Shown piece after piece: positions 61,701-64,000 of a DNA stretch of 64,000 bases. Under the pieces are notes generated by a model that saw only the letters and a program-made list of their open reading frames with translations, searched no databases and was not told the origin of the DNA. A program made the translations under genes and the position numbers. Within the stretch, counting starts at the first letter, position 1; each line of letters begins with the position of its first letter. This DNA comes from Mytilus edulis (Eukaryota), in the NCBI RefSeq assembly GCF_963676685.1, contig NC_092345.1:4588001-4652000 (forward strand), read 5' to 3'.

Positions 61701-64000
61701 ATAAGACTCAATCACAGGTTAACATGTTGTCTGTTCATAAATAAGGACATTAATTACAGGTATGTTTCCTGTGTCAGGAGAATGTCAGACTCTATGCACA
61801 TGTAAAATGAATGCAACAATAGCTTGAGGGGCATGTAGCTGCCTAGACCTAACTTTTTGCCCTCACTGTATTAAAGACACTGGGGCATTAAGTGCTACTT
61901 TTGATCGTCCGCCCTTCTGATTGTGGGAGAGGGTAATCAGAAAAAGACAATAACATGACAAAAACAAAATTAAAAACAAATGTCAAATAATTAATACAAA
62001 TGATACTGTAAATAGAGCCACACAGGAGTTACTCAAACAAAGGTCAACAAAGATGGTTTTTGAAAGGAAAGCCATTCATGAAAACTGTTAACCTTGTAAA
62101 CTACAAAATATCTGCCTGAATGAGTTAGGAGTAAACAGATTGCAAGATCACCTCCTATTAAAGAGTTTATAGAAGAAATATTTCTTACAATACATACGGA
62201 AAAAAAATGGTAATGGAACATTTTTAGGATATTTACAATCTTTCATTGTGTCAATAGAAAAATTTTGATACTAGGTAATATTCATCAGTTCTAAAATAGG
62301 GCTAATGAAAATAATAATTATATAACACACCTTAAAAAGGAACCTTATATAAAAATAAGGAGATGTGGTATGATCATAGCAAATGAGACAACTATCCACC
62401 AAAGTTCAAATAAAGTGGATGTAAGCAATTATAGGCAACCATATGGCCTTCAATGATGAGAAAAATCAATACCGTATGGTTGCTTATTAAAGGCCCTAGT
62501 ATATCTGTTCTTTGCTACTGTTAAATCTCAAGTCTTTACCAAGTCTTTAAGAAAGTTGTTCATCATTTTTTTAGACTTTTACTGGAAATAAGAAGTTATT
62601 AACTACACTTGTATTAACATATCAAAAATTTAAATTCATTTTCTGATTTAGTTGATTTTTGTTTCAGATAAAAAGCAATAAATGTAAAATGATTGTTTTT
62701 ATGTCAACACAAGATCTTGTAGAGTTCCATTATGACTTGTTCCAACATTTCTTTGGTGTGTCGGATGACCCTGATGACGAGATGGATGGAAATTCCATTA
62801 ACATACTCTTCTTTAAACTTCACGGAGATATGCAACAAAAAGTAAGTGTTTGAAAATTGTATAATCCTTGATCATCATTGTAGATATTTGATAAGGTTTG
62901 TATTTTGTAAACTTGTGTTTGTTTAGAATAGAGTTGAGCAACACAAACATGTCTATTCCCGCAACATTATTTGCCGGTCTCAATTCAGGAGCCTGTAATT
63001 CCCTTGATTTTGTTGATTGATAGCTGTCTGTCTGTCATTATGGTTTTCGTCTACCCTGCTATATAAAGTTTCAGGAGTGAAACATGGCGATCCAACAATT
63101 CCCCTTTGAAATTTTGAAAAACTTGAATAGAAGCTTCTTTTAACGTTATTCAGTTATGTAAATATAAGAAGATGTTGTATGAGTGCCAATGAGACAACTC
63201 TCCATCCATGTCATAATTTATAAAAGTAAACCATTATAGGTGAAAGTACAGTCTTCAACAAGGAACCTTGTATAACTTTATATGATATGCAAGCAGGGGT
63301 ATTGTCTGTGTCCCATGGACACATTCCCCATTTATTTTACATGTTTCAATATGTATTGTTTGTATGTTTTAATATCTATAATTTATATGTTTTAATATTT
63401 ATTAATTTGTAAATTTCAATATCTATTGTTTGTATGTTTCAGGACAGAACAAAAGCTTTTCAGGATTTTTCTCAGACAGATACTGGTGTTTTATTTTGTA
63501 CTGTGAGTAAAGAAGGGACTTATATAGCTATATGTATCATTGTATGTCAATAAAGTCAAGATTTAACTCATCCATAACTTTTACTTCAAGTCATAAAACT
63601 GCTCCAAATAAAAATATAAATGAAAAATGGTGAAATCAACCAGTAAAAATTTAGAATTCCATGAACAAGCATTCTTTCATGATGTTATAGACAAAACTCA
63701 TGGACCAATGGTTGACTAAATTTCAATGAGTTAAATACAATATGTTGGGTGACAGTGTGGATCCCAGGCTCATATAATCAATGGACTGCTCATTTCAGTA
63801 TGAGTATAAATATTACTAATTTCAGGCTTCCATGTTATAATATAGTCGTAATCATTTAAAATCTAATTTTCTATTTCAGGATGTGGCCGCTAGAGGTTTA
63901 GATTTACCCTCTATACAATGGATAGTACAGTATACAACACCAGGTGGAGCCACTGATTATATTCATAGAGTGGGTAGAACAGCTAGAGCTGGAAAACAAG
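40715..64000 (+). CDS. DDX31: DEAD-box ATP-dependent RNA helicase DDX31 (Dbp7), partial (first exon not identified, 3' end beyond the window)
   Basis: Exons 40715-40971, 42059-42134, 43331-43445, 44284-44393, 51969-52010, 55367-55431, 56335-56454, 60836-60942, 61445-61692, 62668-62841, 63443-63502 and 63880-64000 are all GT-AG and phase-consistent. Motifs: [31 protein letters not shown] (Dbp7/DDX31 signature), [33 protein letters not shown]. Confidence 0.93.
41866..42037 (+). repeat. 43-bp minisatellite x4 just upstream of a DDX31 acceptor
   Basis: Unit TATAAAAGTGACTAATTTGAGACCCTTACCTCACATTCTCCAG. Confidence 0.95.
46990..47775 (+). mobile_element. Helentron/HINE-like element (degenerate)
   Basis: Starts TTTTTATACGCCCGT, has internal tandem repeats, and its 3' end resembles those of the 53526 and 58049 elements. 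Confidence 0.6.
48000..49907 (-). CDS. Mab-21/cGAS-like nucleotidyltransferase (cGLR) with C-terminal TPR-like helices, 635 aa; nested antisense in a DDX31 intron
   Basis: [18 protein letters not shown] (GS-x-DxD), a candidate third acid in [37 protein letters not shown], and C-terminal [21 protein letters not shown]. Confidence 0.9.
   Translation of the reverse strand: MSMDKSLSVQFYKYLCQKIGSVEEVRVRRLTYIINDFGNGGFQKITSGSKGEGLNLKGSDLDLMYIDPFFTVYESDTDFVFQFERIPLVMDTEDTPPCFAELRLLKNPTLHLVPELIFEKNKISSELYKLYNMKRILCKSLKIHGPCISSQTDSHDFAWSLKCNQWIPQAQHWIIRPRTTWPCPELISKITSCGVLFVPIGFKGSLKENLQWRISFSVAEKFLIFSFSHTQLLCYALLKILLKEIVDKYQDLNGLLCSYFLKTLMFWISEESDQSIWRPDNIIPCFMACLKRLLYCVEYETLLHYFIPDNNLFCLRFNTKNKVKMTNVLKNLYEQGIHCFNQSETLIDISIPPCEVTKSLFIEQVTLIQDIMKIQTSHKHPTKLLFTFLHHSSTSVSKGIFCVILSNAHQLVSHASQNRPRSNNKRQYHKSKHDLSHLLIRTMSDAVSGWLMLASYFYVHKNYLAALTIINYTFSKFKSEQIYPWQNSLNLNQKSTLNLIKQVKFGKMIKTILILELPLKYMSSIVPSELQLDVVKGTTHFNPVSFSNFLCFLCYYNLHDITSCKVSLIRLLHKIRENLYNNTLDSLSAAQCVMCIGIAHKMMGDTNKARQLLSQAADLDVRNQTSARLRLSKLT
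50111..50320. mobile_element. Tc1/mariner-type MITE (TA flanks) nested in a SINE-like element
   Basis: TA-CTGTGAATTCATT...AATGAATCCACATG-TA, with internal inverted CCACGAAA motifs. Confidence 0.65.
50409..51057 (-). mobile_element. SINE-like family B-related element
   Basis: AGAAGATGTGGTATGATTGCCAATGAGACAAC...CCTGACTTGGGACAGG core, shared with 12421, 27252, 62360 and 63168. Confidence 0.7.
51680..51888. repeat. 26-bp minisatellite x8
   Basis: Unit TGTCCAGACCCAGTACATATTGGTCT, almost invariant. Confidence 0.95.
53242..53508 (+). mobile_element. tRNA-derived SINE with V-domain-like core
   Basis: A box TGACCGAGTGG, B box GTTCGAACC, core GGTGGTTTTCTGCGGCACTCCGGCTTCCTCCACC, and an (AAAATC)n tail. 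Confidence 0.8.
53526..54949 (+). mobile_element. Helentron-associated (HINE/pearl-like) element with internal tandem repeats
   Basis: 5' TTTATACGACTGCA and 3' TGCGGTCATATAAA sub-terminal IRs, a 3' GC-rich hairpin, ~160-bp and ~35-bp arrays, and T-rich flanks. Confidence 0.78.
55804..56012. repeat. ~101-bp tandem duplication within a decayed SINE-like element
   Basis: GACAACAACCACTGGAGTACAG... at 55804 and 55905. Confidence 0.85.
58049..60170 (+). mobile_element. Helentron-associated (HINE/pearl-like) element, same family as 53526-54949
   Basis: TTTATACGACCGCA ... TGCGGTCGTATAAA sub-terminal IRs, a (GGCGTC)n/(GTC)n microsatellite, four ~160-bp repeats and a 3' hairpin. Confidence 0.82.
60257..60423. 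repeat. ~165-bp hairpin with ~63-bp near-perfect arms
   Basis: AGAAATAATTCTATCATGCCATGCTCTATGCTCATTTTAACATGGGTAGGCATTATATTTGT followed by its reverse complement. Confidence 0.85.

Overview
AT-rich eukaryotic genomic DNA with spliceosomal introns. The gene and repeat content point to a bivalve mollusc, most likely a Mytilus-type mussel (inference). From left to right: (1) An intact intronless minus-strand gene encodes 2 B-box-like Zn fingers, a long coiled coil and a MIEAP/SPATA18-type C-terminal domain (3778-6111), followed by a pseudogenised paralogue. (2) A head-to-tail tandem duplication (copy 1 8939-18910, copy 2 18911-38497) carries two intact 5-exon copies of a divergent Lhx3/4-like LIM-homeobox gene. 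Copy 2 doubled in size through insertions whose empty sites are visible in copy 1: a CR1-type LINE, a TTAA/Kolobok-like element, a satellite-bearing MITE and SINE-like elements. (3) Nested in the LINE is a ~365-nt tandem unit with two minimal type I hammerhead ribozymes, i.e. a non-LTR retrozyme. (4) After a 100-N gap, a multi-exon DEAD-box helicase gene (DDX31/Dbp7) runs on the + strand off the window end. One of its introns holds an antisense single-exon-CDS Mab-21/cGAS-like receptor (cGLR) gene with an apparently intact catalytic triad and a TPR-like tail. Other introns hold Helentron/HINE-like elements, SINEs, MITEs and minisatellites. Exon coordinates were read by eye from GT-AG sites and phase continuity. 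No database searches were run.
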